DNA of 64,000 nt from Raillietiella orientalis (GCA_036172245.1 JAYWIR010000015.1:3162001-3226000), one strand, 5' to 3'. Positions 19,651 to 33,619 are shown, counted from the stretch's first letter. The notes: generated by a model from the letters alone, not told the origin. Numbers and translations are program-made.

Positions 19651-22299
19651 CGTGTTTGAGAGAACGGGGTTGGTGGGGTTTGGAGAAAGCCATCAGTGTT
19701 TATTGTATTAAATATTTTGCACGTCATTGGAAAAAGTTAATTTTAACGTAAGTCACAATCGCACCTAATATGCTAATGTGAAAAGTTTCAATAATAGATG
19801 CATACAATCTTTTATGTAAAATTGCGAATACCAAAATTGCCACATTTATTGGTGTGGGATACCACATTTCTGTTTATTAAGCAAACCTCAGGGGAGAAAA
19901 AGCGTTTACCGAATGGTGTTCAGTATTTCCAGAAATCGAAAGCACCCTCCACGCACGTAAAAAGTGAGAGAACAATTAGAAGGCGGAAATCCGAAAGATA
20001 AACAAAGTTACGTATGCGCCCTGCTGACCAAACGCGATGTGCTTGGAATTTATTTGTCCGTGTGCAGCCATGACCCTTCAGCAAGAAAATAAAATTGAAT
20101 CCAGCCCAATAATGGGCAACGGGATGGGGAATTTTGCAATCCCTACCGGATTGCCAATGTAACAACCGCATTAGGCCGATTACACGCCAGTGCTCTCCAC
20201 GTGGAACCTGCAAAGTGGAATCGAACTGGCGTGATTTTCGGAGCGATTAAGGACCGGAACCAGCGGCAGACAAAGGGCCGCAAGGACTTCATGCCAAGAG
20301 CTGCTGCAAGACTTTTATAGTGGCGTGTGAAACAACAGCCACAAGCGATTGTTCGGGGAACCATGAAATCCAGCATCGCTTTGAGCAGCATGAGATGGTC
20401 AAAAGAAAAGAAAGAAGAAAAAAAACCCACCACTTGGAAGCACCTCCAAATGCTTTTGTGTTCGCGTCGCAGGGAAAACATTTCAAGTCGTAATCATGCA
20501 GAGATTGACAGGCAAGTTGTGGAGCGTATTTTAAGGAAAAGAGAAAGATTTCTGGATGGCCACTTAGAGAAAAAAAAAAAGAGAGAACACATTGCCGAAG
20601 ATCCCAAGATGTAAAAAGAATTTAGAGCAAGCGCGACGCAGTGAATTGAGATTACAATCAGGAAACGCCAGCGGTCTGTTGATTTCACTGGTGAACACCT
20701 TTCCTTACTGTTCCATCTGGTCCTTGAGGACACGCCCGAGCATTTCGACAGGATAAGACTCTTGTGAGTTTTGAATGAGGAAACGAACTGGATAAATCGG
20801 ATAATGTGTCGGAAAGATCCAGTGACATTAGGATTTCTAGCACAGGCGTTAGCATTAACACTGTCGAGTTTCAGGAAAAGGTAATATTTTGGATTCAGTG
20901 GATAGTTGAAGGAACACACGTTTTCATCTGATTTGAGTATGGGAAGAAATCGAGTGCATCTCCCGGGGAAAGAGCCATATTTACGCTCGATTCATTTGCC
21001 AGAATCGCGAAGTCGAGCGAGGAAGAAAAGAAAGAAAAAACCCGCCCAAATTAGGGACAGCTATGTTTCCTAGAAATTATAGTAGTTTAAGCTCAAAACG
21101 TATCAATAAATCATTTAAAGTCATTGAGAAAACTTATTTACAGTTATTACAGCTTGCTATTTACGGTCATAATACAGAGGACATAAAGTAATCCATAGAC
21201 CCACTGTATGATTGGATGCGGTCGTGCATGGAGTTTCACTTCCACTATAGCAGTACAGATGATGTAAAGGAATGTTGTAGAGAATGATGGTTTTGTCTCC
21301 CTCTCTGTGTGTGTGTCTGTGTATACACACATGGAGAGATACATGCATTTCCACTGCAAGAGAATGAAGCAGCTGGTCCTTGCAAACTTTTGTTTTCTTG
21401 TCATTTTTTTGTTTTCCGAGTGCTGTATCGTCTTACGTTCAAGTCCAATAGCCTTTCAGTTTTCAAATTCACTTCATGTGAGATCTTGAAAATGTGAAGC
21501 TTTCATAAGCAGGATGCGTGTTCAAAGCAGATTGTATAATTGCCAGCAAGAATTGCCATGTGCTGCACAAGAGAAGGTTCCGTTCTCCGAGGAAGCAGTT
21601 TTAGAGCACATCTGTGTGCAACTGCCCGTAAAGGCAGCAAGTATTTGCAGCAAGCCCGAAGACAAAAAGCCGACACCAGTTCTCCCGTAAAAAAATAAGC
21701 ACAGGAAACTGGAGGAGCCTTCGGGAGTGGATCGGCAGATGGGTGAAATTCCTAATGGTGAATATCCGAACGAAAGTCAGTCGCACACAGGTTGTACGCA
21801 TGAGGAAGATCGAAAGCGTAAAGAAAATCAGATAAACGCTTTCCATTCATAGGCATTTGCCAGTTGAGGAGACTGGCCCATTCAGTCAAGAAAAATATCC
21901 TGGTTGGTGGATGGAAAATTTAGAAAATGCCAAGATTTCACAGTAGGCACACAAACATTCGTGGGCAAGGGTAACGTTAGCAATGCCTTCTTAAAATGCC
22001 TTGCTCAAAGAAGCATTTTTTTTAAACGAAACTGCACTGAATGAAGATGAAAAACTCAGGATGTGTTCCGGGAATTCAGACAGATCGAAAATAAGTCGAT
22101 ACATTCTTACGTTCGTTTAGCTAATGAACGAATTCGGTAGAGTTCATTTTATTGAGGGAACTGAAAACATTGCTTTCCTTACAAAAGCTGTAACTCGCAT
22201 TTATGAAATTAGTAGCAAAAGTTTTGGGGTCGTCTAATCGATGTCCATATCAATTCTTTTTTTGCTAGGATCGCACGAGCATACATAAACTCTTAACTG

Positions 22300-23450
22300 G
22301 ATGGCACATTGTGGTCGAACATTGTGATTTACTGCAAAATGTAACGTTCGCTACCAGTGCATCAGGTCTGCTACGACGAATTGGTTAGGAGGGTGTGGCA
22401 GCACTAGAGGGGGTCAACTAGGTCTGTCTTCAGTTATGGCAACTTTCCTAAACACGTGCTTCTCGGAGGACTGCGATTTGGTTCCAAACGTGAAGCGTAT
22501 TTCCTCTGCAGCAATTCGCCGCCAACGTCTTTGCTGCATGCTCGCCCTCGATAAGGGCTCGGTGCTGTTCGAAAGTTTCGACAGGGAAGGCGGACAACAC
22601 CGATGGCTTGCAGAATCTGCTAAACAGGACACACACTGCCAGCACGGAAAAGCTTGCACCATCTACCACGAATCCCTTGCTTGGAATCCCTTGGATTCCG
22701 CAAGGCAACACGTCGTTCATCTCTTAGTAGCGATGTGTTGACATCTTGAACGATGAACACGTTGATTACTTTTATTCATTGAATTCAATGAGATAATGTC
22801 AGAATGCCTGCGGCAAACGTTCTGCTTGCTACTCGTAGTGACACACATTTAAGGTCTCCTATTTGCGAACCATCTGCGTTTGACTTATTTGAGCATTTTT
22901 TTTTTCGTGGCGGACCATCTTTCATCTGGCAGATGATGTTTTACAAGCAAAGCGAAGAATTCTTCTTGATCGGTCAAAAAGGAGATTAGGAACTTAAAGG
23001 TTGCGGATAGCAATTTACCTTCGCACTCCTAGCACCACGCCTACTGTTCCCTTGGAACGTGTCCCTTAGCAAAATTCAAAAGCAATCTTACAATGCAATT
23101 TGTTTTCTTGTTCCTCATGCTTGGAGCTCGCATGCTGTCTTCACTTGATCCCGAGTGCTAATGAACGTTTACAAAGAACTCGAACATGGAACGCGGACTG
23201 TGGTGAAAACTTCCATAACGCATATCCTCTTGGATCAACTGTGTGGGATTGAATTCACATGAAGCTCTGGGCAACCAAAGTCTTCCTCTTGCAATTATCG
23301 TTCCCCGTGGAAAGATTCCTTTAGAACGAATGTTTGCTCACGGGCAATATCCTAGCCAAGGATACTTGCAGAGGCGTGATTCTTGCTACCCTTTGATCTT
23401 AGCCAAAAGGCCGAGAAGCAATGAAGAGTTGAAGACTGCTAGCTGCTAGC
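22300..23450 (-). mobile_element. Decayed L1/Tx1-like ORF2 3' part
   Basis: Remnants RNLSTGNDNCKRKTLVAQS, ICQMKDG and PVETFEQHRALIEGEHAAKTL (zf-RVT-like), in the expected order. Confidence 0.35.
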
Positions 23451-23939
23451 TGAAGACTTTGAAACGAATGTTGGAATTTCCACATATTTTCCAATACTGG
23501 CACGCCAGCCAATCAAAAGTTTTTTTTTTTTTTCCTATCGATGCGGTCTCCCTGGTCAGTGTTAGCACAGGCTTGGCACAAAATTGCAGGCTTTATTGGA
23601 ATAATAATAAAAAAAAAAACAGAAGAAAAATAAAAATGGAGTCCGACCTGGTAATCCTGATAGTTGATCTTTCGTTCAAATATCCCGACGTACTGCAAAG
23701 TCTCACATGAGTTTTCGTTTCCGTGAAATTGGAAAACGAAAAGCAGTCATGCAGTGCACTCACACGGAGTGGCCCAAAGAGGGGCGCCATGGGCCGCGGG
23801 GTACCTGTGGTCCCAGTCGTGTCTGGGGGACATAGCCGCCAGCTCTTAAAGTATCCTTACATCCTGCTACAAATGTTATTAATGTGCAACTCTGCTACTA
23901 CTACCATCATAAGGGAGGCATGTATTCGTGAAAATTGAA

Positions 23940-25400
23940 CACCCGTCTGGACATCGGCATGAAGCGAAAGGCCAACCTATGGAATGGAGTACTCCTTCCT
24001 AAGGTGCTCTTCGGAGCAGCCTCGCTAGAATGAAGGAGACCACCCGAGAAGTGGAAAAGCTGCAAAGGAAAACACTGTGGGGCCACTACCGCCCAAGAGT
24101 TCATCTGAAACCCCTGTGTCGTCCCAGAGAAGAGGGCGGTTCCGGGATGAAGTCGCTTGCACACTCCATGGAAATCATGGATTCGCGACACATCCTGGGT
24201 ATCGCTACTCACTGGGATGACTGGCCGTACGCGGCGCATAGGGCCTACGCGTTGTTATTGAACAACTCGAAAGGCCTGATGACTGCGCTGCTAGACCGAG
24301 CAGGAGAATGGATCAACATCGACCCTACCTGGAGGAGGAAGCAATGGCTGGTGCGCAAGCACAAGATGAAGATCGTGCCGAAAAGCAGGGAGCTCTGGAA
24401 GGAAGAATCCATCCTGGTGATCCCGTGGATGCTTCCGGTCCCTCCGGACACGAGAAGCAGGATCTACCAGCGGCCCAGAGTTACCCTGCAAAGAATCCAG
24501 GAATGGCGACGAGGAGATACCTACATCACACTCGCATACTTCGGTATATAGAGATGATGCTAGGCAGATTCACCCATATGACCCGCGAAGTGTGGATAAA
24601 CCACAACGACTTCGCGTGGTCTGGGGTAACCAAGATGAACCTCCGGAAGATTATCAAGGACCAGGACCAAGACACCTGTCCCCTCCAAGAAGCCGCCGAT
24701 CGCTACGGGAGTGACAGGATCAACCTGTTGGCGATCGGCACGACGCTCTGGAGTAGTGACCTTCCGCCGGACACCCAGGACAACCTCCTGATGTTCTATC
24801 ACGGAGGAATCCTGAGCGGGTCCAGGCTAAAGCACGACACTAGAAGACGGGAAGACGAAGACTGCACGGCATGTGGTGACATTGAATCAAGATTACATAT
24901 TTTGACGTGTCCCACATTGCTCCACGACTGGCTGATCCTGAAAAGGATCATTGGACTCACCACCAGCTCCACAATGGAGATCCTCGCTGGAATGTTTCAG
25001 GGAGATGGTAATGTTCCCTGCTACAATCCCATGGTGAGGATGACCATTACTCTCTTCATCACTGCCATACTTGTGCGGTGGTGGAAGATGAGGAAAGCCA
25101 GGGGAGCCGCACCCCCGATGGAGATCCTGCAAGGACTCATCAAGAGGGAAATCGGTATCAGGAACTGCGGACGAATTCACGCCTGGACGTACCGATTCAT
25201 CCTGAAGAGGACTGAGGACGACGCCCGGGACCAAACAACTGGAAACTCACCCTGAATGCAGAACTTGCGACACCCCAAGGACTTCCAAGTGAAAGTGTAA
25301 GGTATGAATGAGTAGTGAATTGTATGAATGGAAAATTGTAGTATGAATGTGATATAAAAAGAAAATAAATTTACCCCACCCCTTGTGGGACTTGGGGAAA
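23940..25400 (+). mobile_element. 5'-truncated L1/Tx1-clade non-LTR retrotransposon (post-RT region plus C-terminal zinc finger), two frameshifts, 16-bp TSD
   Basis: Peptides LDIGMKRKANLWNGVLLPKVLF, LWGHYRPRVHLKPLCRPREEGGSG, LWSSDLPP and CTACGDIESRLHILTCP. Identical ATTCGTGAAAATTGAA at 23924-23939 and 25401-25416. AATAAA at 25364. Confidence 0.88.
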
Positions 25401-26985
25401 ATTCGTGAAAATTGAATAAATTTTGTTGACGAGTCAAGTTATCTTTACAGAGTGGAAGCACCAAATTCAAGCGAAGAGCGCAATTTTCACGACTGTGTCA
25501 GCCGTGACGATGCGTGCCATGTATACCATGAGGAAACCATAAAGGGCTTTAAAATGAAAACTAATTTGTGAACACTTGACGAAAAGGATCAAAATTACAC
25601 GGGAGGATCCTCAAGGTAGTAGCAGAAGAGGAAGCAAACCACTGGTTGCAAAAGCTTCAACGTTGCGGCTGAGCTGTAACCTCGTAAAAAGCAAACTATA
25701 AACGGGGATAAAAATGAAAAGGATTTTCGTGTTGCAACGTACACAACTGCTGTTCACAGAAACACATGCACTGTCAGGAGAAAACGAACTTGTAAAATGA
25801 TAGCTGGAATGCATATGGAAAATTCGAAATTAACCTTTTCTGCCGCTTTAAGTTCTTGTCATTCCACCGTTAATTGATGCACCGAATGCTGAAGCATCCT
25901 ATGCAAGACGCTTCGGCAATCCCCAGGATGGGAGCAATTAAATCATTACGACAGTGTACTGCTACGGCGAGGATAAGAACGATAGTTCCGTAACGAATTA
26001 TACGAATGGAAGTGTTTCGAAAACGTAAAACTTGGAGATAAAATCAACTCGGAAATGCGACCATGAGATCAGCTCATCCGTCTTAAAATCAATGGGAGGG
26101 TAAAGGCCCGTTGATTCCAGCCAAGACTGACTTAATAATGGGTTATTACTAGATTACTCGGCGTGTGGTATTTACTTAATGAACGGTTAGTTTATGCAAT
26201 GAAGAAAAAAATACTTTATTACTTTAAAAAGATACTTTAAGCGATGTTTGGAAAAGCTGTGCTGAACGATACGGACGTTTGAACCAATAGGCTGGGTTTC
26301 CTCGTTCACTAACGTATGCAGGATAATTGTCAGTGATAGATTGCTTAGTTATTGTGAATGGAAGTCATTACTTTGACGTGCCCTTATTCATTACACACCC
26401 ACAATGTGGGCACGAACCACTTCAAAACGTCTAAATGATTTCGCATTTTCATCGTTTGCATGTTGCAAATTCACAACGATTGGCGTAATGTCACGGGAAG
26501 AATCGTTCCGTATTCTCTACGTGGTATGTATTCGGCAACGTGCACGTAAAAAAAAACTGCATTCAGCTTGCAGCACTGTCGCATGAGTTACTGTGCTTTA
26601 CGGTGAAAATACATTTACTGTCCATGTAAAATTGCTTCTTTACTAGAATGAGGAATCTGCAAAATGCTTCTCAGTTATCAAAAAAAATCAAAAAAGGAAA
26701 ATTTTTCTTAACAATGAAAAACTTTTATATAATGCCCATTTTCTCATAAATGATTCATCAATGAAGCAGCATAACTGTTAGCTTTTATAAAATCCGTCAT
26801 GGGACCTTCCAACATCTGGATGTTTGCAAGGATGGGCGTAAATTGATTGAAAACTTGAGTCTGGAGTAAGTTTTGAGATATGAATGCATGTAACCTCAAT
26901 TCTGACTGTTTAAATGCACAGAGGAGAAAGATTCTTGAACACATTTAAACATTTGCCTTGCCCATTAAAAGCTTCTGATTATGCC

Positions 26986-29084
26986 TCATGTCTTAATGCG
27001 TGGTTTTAATTCTTCATAACAGGAATGAAGAAAAATATAGTTCTTTTTCTGAGGGTTGTAGTATTCATGGCCCTGCAGAGAGCAATGGTATTGGGTTCTT
27101 AACTTGGGCTTACTCACCTTGCTCCAGTCATAGCTAACAGCATAAGCAAATATTTGTCCATTGGCATTGAAACAGCAACAGGTTATTGACTGCTCCATCT
27201 GTTCAGAGCTTTTCAGTTTAGTACGGGCATCCTTGTCCCAAAAGCTAAACCGGCCATCTGAGCCAACAGTGGTCAGAGTGCCATGTACTGGGTGGAATGC
27301 TATGTCATTCACCTGCAGGTTTCATCATCTAAAATTACTCAAAAAGACGTACTTACTGCAAAAATCTCCTGATAGCCATTTGCTATGCCGTTTGAGCGGT
27401 GACATTTAAAGGTAAAGTTATCCCTAGGATTCTGTACATTTACATATTGAATGGCCACCCGACCTTCAACACTGGCAACAGCAAAGCCAGTAGGTTCACC
27501 TCGTTTGTCAGCAAAGATTGCTATGGACCGGTGCTGATATTTCAGTGGAGATTCCATTTTCTTGAACTCATGAGGTTGGCCTTCTAGCATGTACACAATA
27601 ATCCCTCGACCAGCCACCCCTACTACTGCCATCGGATATTTCTATGAGAAGACAATACATGTGCCAGATCAAAAAAAACACCCACCACATCAGCACAGTA
27701 GCAACGTTCTGGCAAATTGATTACAAGAATCGGATTTGGAGTGCGTGTATCCCAGAACTAAAATAACATCAATTTTGATTCATCCATTGAATGTTATTAC
27801 TTTCAAAGTCTTATCCCAAGAACCAGTCATTAAGCAGGAATAGCTGGGACTTTTAATCCAGTGAACAGTTTTGATAGGGGCATCATGAGCAGCCACTTGG
27901 ATGTGCTGATTACTGCTCAGATCCCAACAGAATGCAGTTTTGTCACAAGATGCAGTAAATACTTTGGTACCATCCTATAGGGGAATTGTTTTAAAAGATC
28001 ATTGGATGCAAAACATGGTCGAAATATTTCATACATCACTCCAGCATGCATCCAGTACTGGTCCCTGGTGCATTTTTTGATCTTTAGGAATAGTCTGTCC
28101 TGTTTGTTGGACCTCCCAACATCTAACCTGATTACACAAATGTTTTATAGAAGCATTTTCAGAGAATAAAATATGCAAAAAAATATTAAAACAACTAAAA
28201 AATTACTGTGTAACATTATTAGAGAATAATCCAATGTTTATTTTTTGAATCCTGCCTTGCATTTTATCTTTCCTTATCTTTATTATTACTGATTGATACA
28301 TACTGATCAGCACTGCTATTGTAACTACCAACACTGTCAACATAAGTAAAATGCCGGAAATCACTCTTTGATATTGCATCTTAACTTTGAATTAATACGC
28401 TATAAGTAAACTGCAATACAATCATTTAACTGAACAACATGCAAAATTCAGTTCAAAGTGTCATTTCTTTAAAACAGATCAATCCATACGTTATCTATTT
28501 TATAGTTTTTTAAACAAAAACTTTCAGATTTCTCAAGCAATACTTATCCCTACATCAATAAGAATGTAGGAATTTATGTAAAAATTTCCTGTCAATAATT
28601 AGATGATTTTCTAATGAACTATAAAGTACATGCATGATAAACAATGTATAACCAATGCAACTACCCTATCTTGAAAAAACAAACTGACATGGGGCAAATA
28701 GAATTGTACACACATTCACAAGCATAACTAAAAGATTCATAAATCTCATCGTACATAGACATTCAATGTAAATATACATCGTACATTAAACAACAAAAAC
28801 TACAGCCAAGTTTTTCTCTGTCTAGGCCTATTTTTCCTAAGTAAATTAAAATTTAATTTTCCACATTAGTACAGATAGTACAGATAACTTCCTTAGTAAA
28901 TTTTTAAACTTACACAATTATCCCAACTGGTTGCAATTAAGAAATTATTTGATATTGTTGCAGGGCTAAAACAAAGCTTTGACACGGAATCTTCGGGAGG
29001 AGACACTACTTCGAAATCTTTCATGGGATTATGTGTTCCTGTCGTACCCCCAAAAACATAACTTCCCGTACTTGTACCAAACAT
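26986..29084 (-). CDS. RAE1: mRNA export factor RAE1/Gle2 (WD40), exons 29084-28914, 28127-28035, 27974-27801, 27757-27686, 27641-27357, 27312-27118, 27072-26986
   Basis: [91 protein letters not shown] and [12 protein letters not shown]. All introns are phase-0 GT-AG. Confidence 0.96.
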
Positions 29085-29699
29085 CTTGTAATCAGAATTT
29101 AATAGCTGTTTAGCATATTGCAGAGGTTAAACACAAGAGTACTTTGAAACATGTGTTGATGTCTCATCCGATTATTTAAGTTTTCAACTCGCAATAATCA
29201 CCGCTCAGTAGCCTTTCTCGCATAAGGTATTGCCCGTGCGCAAGGCTTATTATTAATTCCGGTTATTTGAGTTGATTCCATTCGGTTCTCTTGTGAGAAG
29301 CAGAAGTGCCAAATTCTTCAGGAGAGAATATTCAAGCTACTATTTCAAAACTACTAGTAATGATCAAGAAAGTAGAAATATAAGACAAACCGAAAAGACA
29401 AACTCAAAATAAAAGGAAAAAGTGGTTCAGAAAAAATCTTGGATAAATTTAGAAATTTCTTTGGTTCCTGCAAGCCGTTTGTAAGTTCAAGATTTCACGG
29501 TATTGCCATTTGTTTATACAGAGAAAAGTGTTGACAAGGATAGAATCAGTCATGCAAGCATTATTTATCTTGTTTGCTTCAAAACTTTGTTCCTGACGTA
29601 GAAAGGTTTATTTTCTACGTTTTTATCGGAAAAACTGTCAACAGCCTCATTATTACTTTTTTTGTTTTTTGTTTTATTTTTGTACCATAATCGTGCATC

Positions 29700-31400
29700 A
29701 CAACGATGAAGAACCCATCACTTTGGTATGAGTGTCCCACTTTCGTGTCAAATTCTTGCTCTCCTAGTTCGCTTTGTCATCCAGCTGAGTCAACTTTACA
29801 AAAATTTTATGAAGATTCTTGGACTGTCTGCAGAGGGCAATTCCGAAAGATAGAAGATATTTCTATGAGTCTTGAAATCCCCAACAGAACAGTGACAGCA
29901 TCCTCCAAATATCGTGATTTAGCCAAAGAATACCAGTTGATCTGTTATGCAAAATGACCCTATTATTTAATAAAAGAAGAAGCAGAGCAAGGGAGGGGCA
30001 TTTCATTTCATCTCAATATCTGTTTTGATACTTTGAGTACTTGACCAGAAGCAAAATTCCAAAGTTTCTCTCTATCATTTTGAAAAAAAAAAATCCAAAA
30101 TGAAAGTTGATATAAAGAAATCTCAATGATTTCCAATGATTTCTTTCAGAGAATCCTATTATCTGTTACCACCTTGCATTCATCAGGGTGTCTATTCTCA
30201 TCCAAAAGGCTTACTCCGACAGTGGCAGCTTCATAACTAAGAAACCAGTTCAGCTAGCTGGGAACAATTCCGTACTTTGAACTGCTCCTTCAGAAACAAT
30301 TCATACTGCTCTCAGTTAGCTGAATCTTATTTCTTCAATGCAACAAGATGCTAAGACTTCCTGGTTTCAGTTTCGCTTCCGCTGAAGATTTGTTAGAAGA
30401 GTACTCGATATACCATCGAGAAGTGCACTTAACAGGCAACTTCCTGCCAGTATTTATTTCGCCGTAGCAGACAGGCATTCCTCGTCGACGGAGCATTCTC
30501 TAGTTTTTCTATCTTAGCTTTTCAACGGAGAATTGTTTATGCTGTTGCTTATGCTCCTGAAATTCATCAAGATCATTCCCAACCTTGACTCAGCGGACTT
30601 GCCGATCCTTCCTTTAACGTGAGATTTAAGCAACTGTCACCTAACGCTCGAGCAATACTTGTCTGATACATTTGCTCGACACACGAGTACAGACGTCTTG
30701 AGGGTCACTTGTTATTCAGGCTAAAAATGAGCAACTCCACACATCTGAAAAGCAAAAAAATCATATGCATTCGTGAATGTATGTGAGATTTTGCACTTCC
30801 CTGAAGTTCCGAGCGAGACATGTAAGAAATCCAGCGCTCATGAACTATCGGCATTGAGGTGGAAAGGGAAATGCAAGAAGAGGAAAGAAGACATGGGGTT
30901 GCATCATGACCATCATTCGGACAGCGATCAAAAATTTCCATGGATGGTGGTCAAGGTCTTGGATACTTTCATGTCCGAGAGAAATGGTGAAGGACTACTG
31001 AGCCTCTAAGAAGCAAAAGATCGAACTGGGGAGGTAAGATATTATTATTCAGAACTTCTCATAGTCCTTTAAGAGATGGAATCCGTTGCCTTAGATACCA
31101 CAGGAAGGCTTCCATCTGCTGATAATAGAAATTAAGCCATGGCACGTACCATTTTGGAGGATGGACATTTTCCTGGACCATTTGCTGCTCTATGAAGAGC
31201 ATCGAAAGTTCAGAAAGAGTTTTGACCGCACTTTCATGGGTGATCTTGAAAAAAAAAAAGGCTACTTGAATCCGCAAGAGATCTCTTCCACCAGGCTGTG
31301 AAATTCAGAGAAGTCCTGAAGAGAGTCTCCTCTTGGGTCAACGCGCATTTTCCCAGTAGGTGAATGCATGGGACGAAGAGAACGGGAGGAACGAAGGGAA
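29700..31400 (-). mobile_element. Decayed L1/Tx1-like RT plus C-terminal region
   Basis: KTLSELSMLFIEQQM...PPKWYVPWLNFYY (KAFD..W...LY-like), then LHNRSTG and GCCHCSVGDFKTHRNIF (zinc-finger-like). Confidence 0.4.
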
Positions 31401-32465
31401 AGGAAGCGACGGGCAATCCCAGAAGCTAAAATGGACTAGAAGAGTCAGAAGCAGCAGCAAGAAACTCAAGGTAGTTTGTAATGCTAGGTCCTGGAGACCC
31501 TTTTCTGTTTCTGAGGAAGAGAGTTTCTGTTGGGTCCATTTTCACAGTCTCCAATGAAGAAACCATTGCGCACAGAAGCGGAACCTTTGGTATCCTAATA
31601 GACTCCTTCCCGCCTATTCTTCACCATGATATTTCAGCCTTTGGATCTCCGTTTCCATGCCTGCGCTGCAAGCAGTTTGGATCCCTTGCAAAGGAAGGTG
31701 AGTCACCCCTCTCCAGAGCTGGCGCAGATGTGTTGGCGCTGTTCCTCTGGAGCGTTTCCCTTGCCCTTGTGGAGGGACATTTGAAGCAAAAGGCGACTGC
31801 AGGGAGGGGAGGGAGGGGGACTGAAATGCGGGGGAGCGCGAAGTCTGACGACGGACTGCTCCTCTCCTCAGAGCTTATCCTGGACTGGTGGGCTGCCACT
31901 TTCGACGGGGGCCCGAGAGGTTGCTAGGAAACAGCTCTGGGATCTGAGTTCTCGGTGACTGGTAGCTTTCCTCGTCACTCTGATGAGTTGGGCATGATTC
32001 CGTGGGAGGGGAAGTGTAGGAGCGTAGTGGTAGGAGGTGGTGGTACTGCGCGATTCAGGCGATTTCTTCACGATATGCCCTCCCCCATCCTTTCCTTTGC
32101 TTACGCGGGTGTTTACGTGCGCATCGGTTTTCCTCTTGCGCACATCTGGAACGAGATGCATCATCGTAGCGCAGAGGAGCCGGTGACACTTTCCATTACT
32201 CACGGCGACGGTCCTGTCGAAGCGCAGCATCCATTCATCATTTCCGAATAATGGAGGAATTATCTCATCCGCGGACAACTGTCCGTCACGGAGAAGCGCG
32301 TTGTCACGGGAGGAATCCAGTCCGAGACAGAAATGGAATCCCGACGTCGGAAGGACACAGAAACAAAGGGGTCGCTGCTGTCAGCAGGGACTTTCGATAG
32401 CCGATCGAAATTTCCCACCGTTGTTTTCCTGAAAACGGGAGACGCCAATCGTAAATTGCGGAGAC

Positions 32466-32583
32466 ATGCAGAAAGAGAGGGAGAGAGAGAACGGGAGAGG
32501 AAGTGGAGGGGAGGGAGGAAGGGAGGAGGAGGAGGAAAAGGAGGAAAATGAGGAGGAGGAAAAGGAGGAGGAGGAGGAGAAAA
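32466..32583. repeat. Polypurine (GA/GGA)n simple repeat
   Basis: An almost pure purine tract of gagag/ggagga units. Confidence 0.85.
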
Positions 32584-33619
32584 ATGCAATTTCGATTCCT
32601 GAGAAAAGCGAAAGATCTGGAAAATCTGAAAAGATTAAACTGACTTTGATTGATCGCATTGACCTTGAGAATCGACGCCAAGGAATACGGGACCACTTCA
32701 TCTCTCCCGGAAAACAGCCCTTTCATCTCGTTGATTTATTGAAGCATCGCGCCAGCTTCCTGCGTGACTTGGAACGTCGACGCGAGCAGCCGTCTCTCCT
32801 CCTCCGCCTATTCTCTCGAAGACGCGACCTGGAGAGAAAGAGGGATGAAACCGGGAAGGGGAGTAGAGAGGGAGAGACGGCGCTTTGTTTCTCGAGGGCG
32901 GAAGTTCTCGAGTCGCTCCTGGAGGAAACGAGAGTGCTCGCTGTCGACCCTGCGTGCGCGTCGCCGCCGCGCCCACCGGACGAACGGATGACGTTCGGAC
33001 GTTCCCAGCGTCTCTCCGGTCCCCGCTGCAACCCGGGCGCTGCAGCCCTGCATCAGGCTGCAGCTTCGCCGGCTCATTCTTTCCCCGACGAAAAATATCC
33101 GACCAGCGATGTCTTGGATCGGAGAGACGGGAGGGACGCGCACGCATGAACGCACCTTCGTTGAAGAGTTGATCTGCCCTGGAACCCGCGTCGGGAGGGG
33201 GAGGGAGATGAGAAAGACCTTGGAACTCCCTCGCTGTTTCGAATGATGCCCCTACGCCCAGCGGGGACGGGAACCAGTGGACCGCAACCTACTGGCGGAG
33301 AACGAAATATCTCAGTAGCCGTCGGCGGCTGCCTCCTCGGGAGGAGATGAGGACGCCGTCGGGATCCTCTACTTTATTCCTTTCTCCTTGTCTCTCTTCC
33401 ATCTTGGGAAGGAGTCTCTTTTACGGAGGGTGAGTGGCTGAAATCAATGCGTGGGTGGCGGTTCCATCACATCGCCACAGCAAAGTCTTCGCTTTCCTCT
33501 TCTTCCAACCAACTCCAGCTGCCTCGAAGATCCGAACTGCCCCGGTAATCCCCACCTTGTTTTTTTTTTTGGTGTGTGTGTGGGTGGAGGGGGAAGGACA
33601 CTCAGGGACTTGTGCACTC

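Noticed and set aside
32466..33149. 227-aa Glu-rich ORF
   Set aside because: Derived from a GA-rich simple repeat, has no ATG at the listed start, and shows no recognisable domain.
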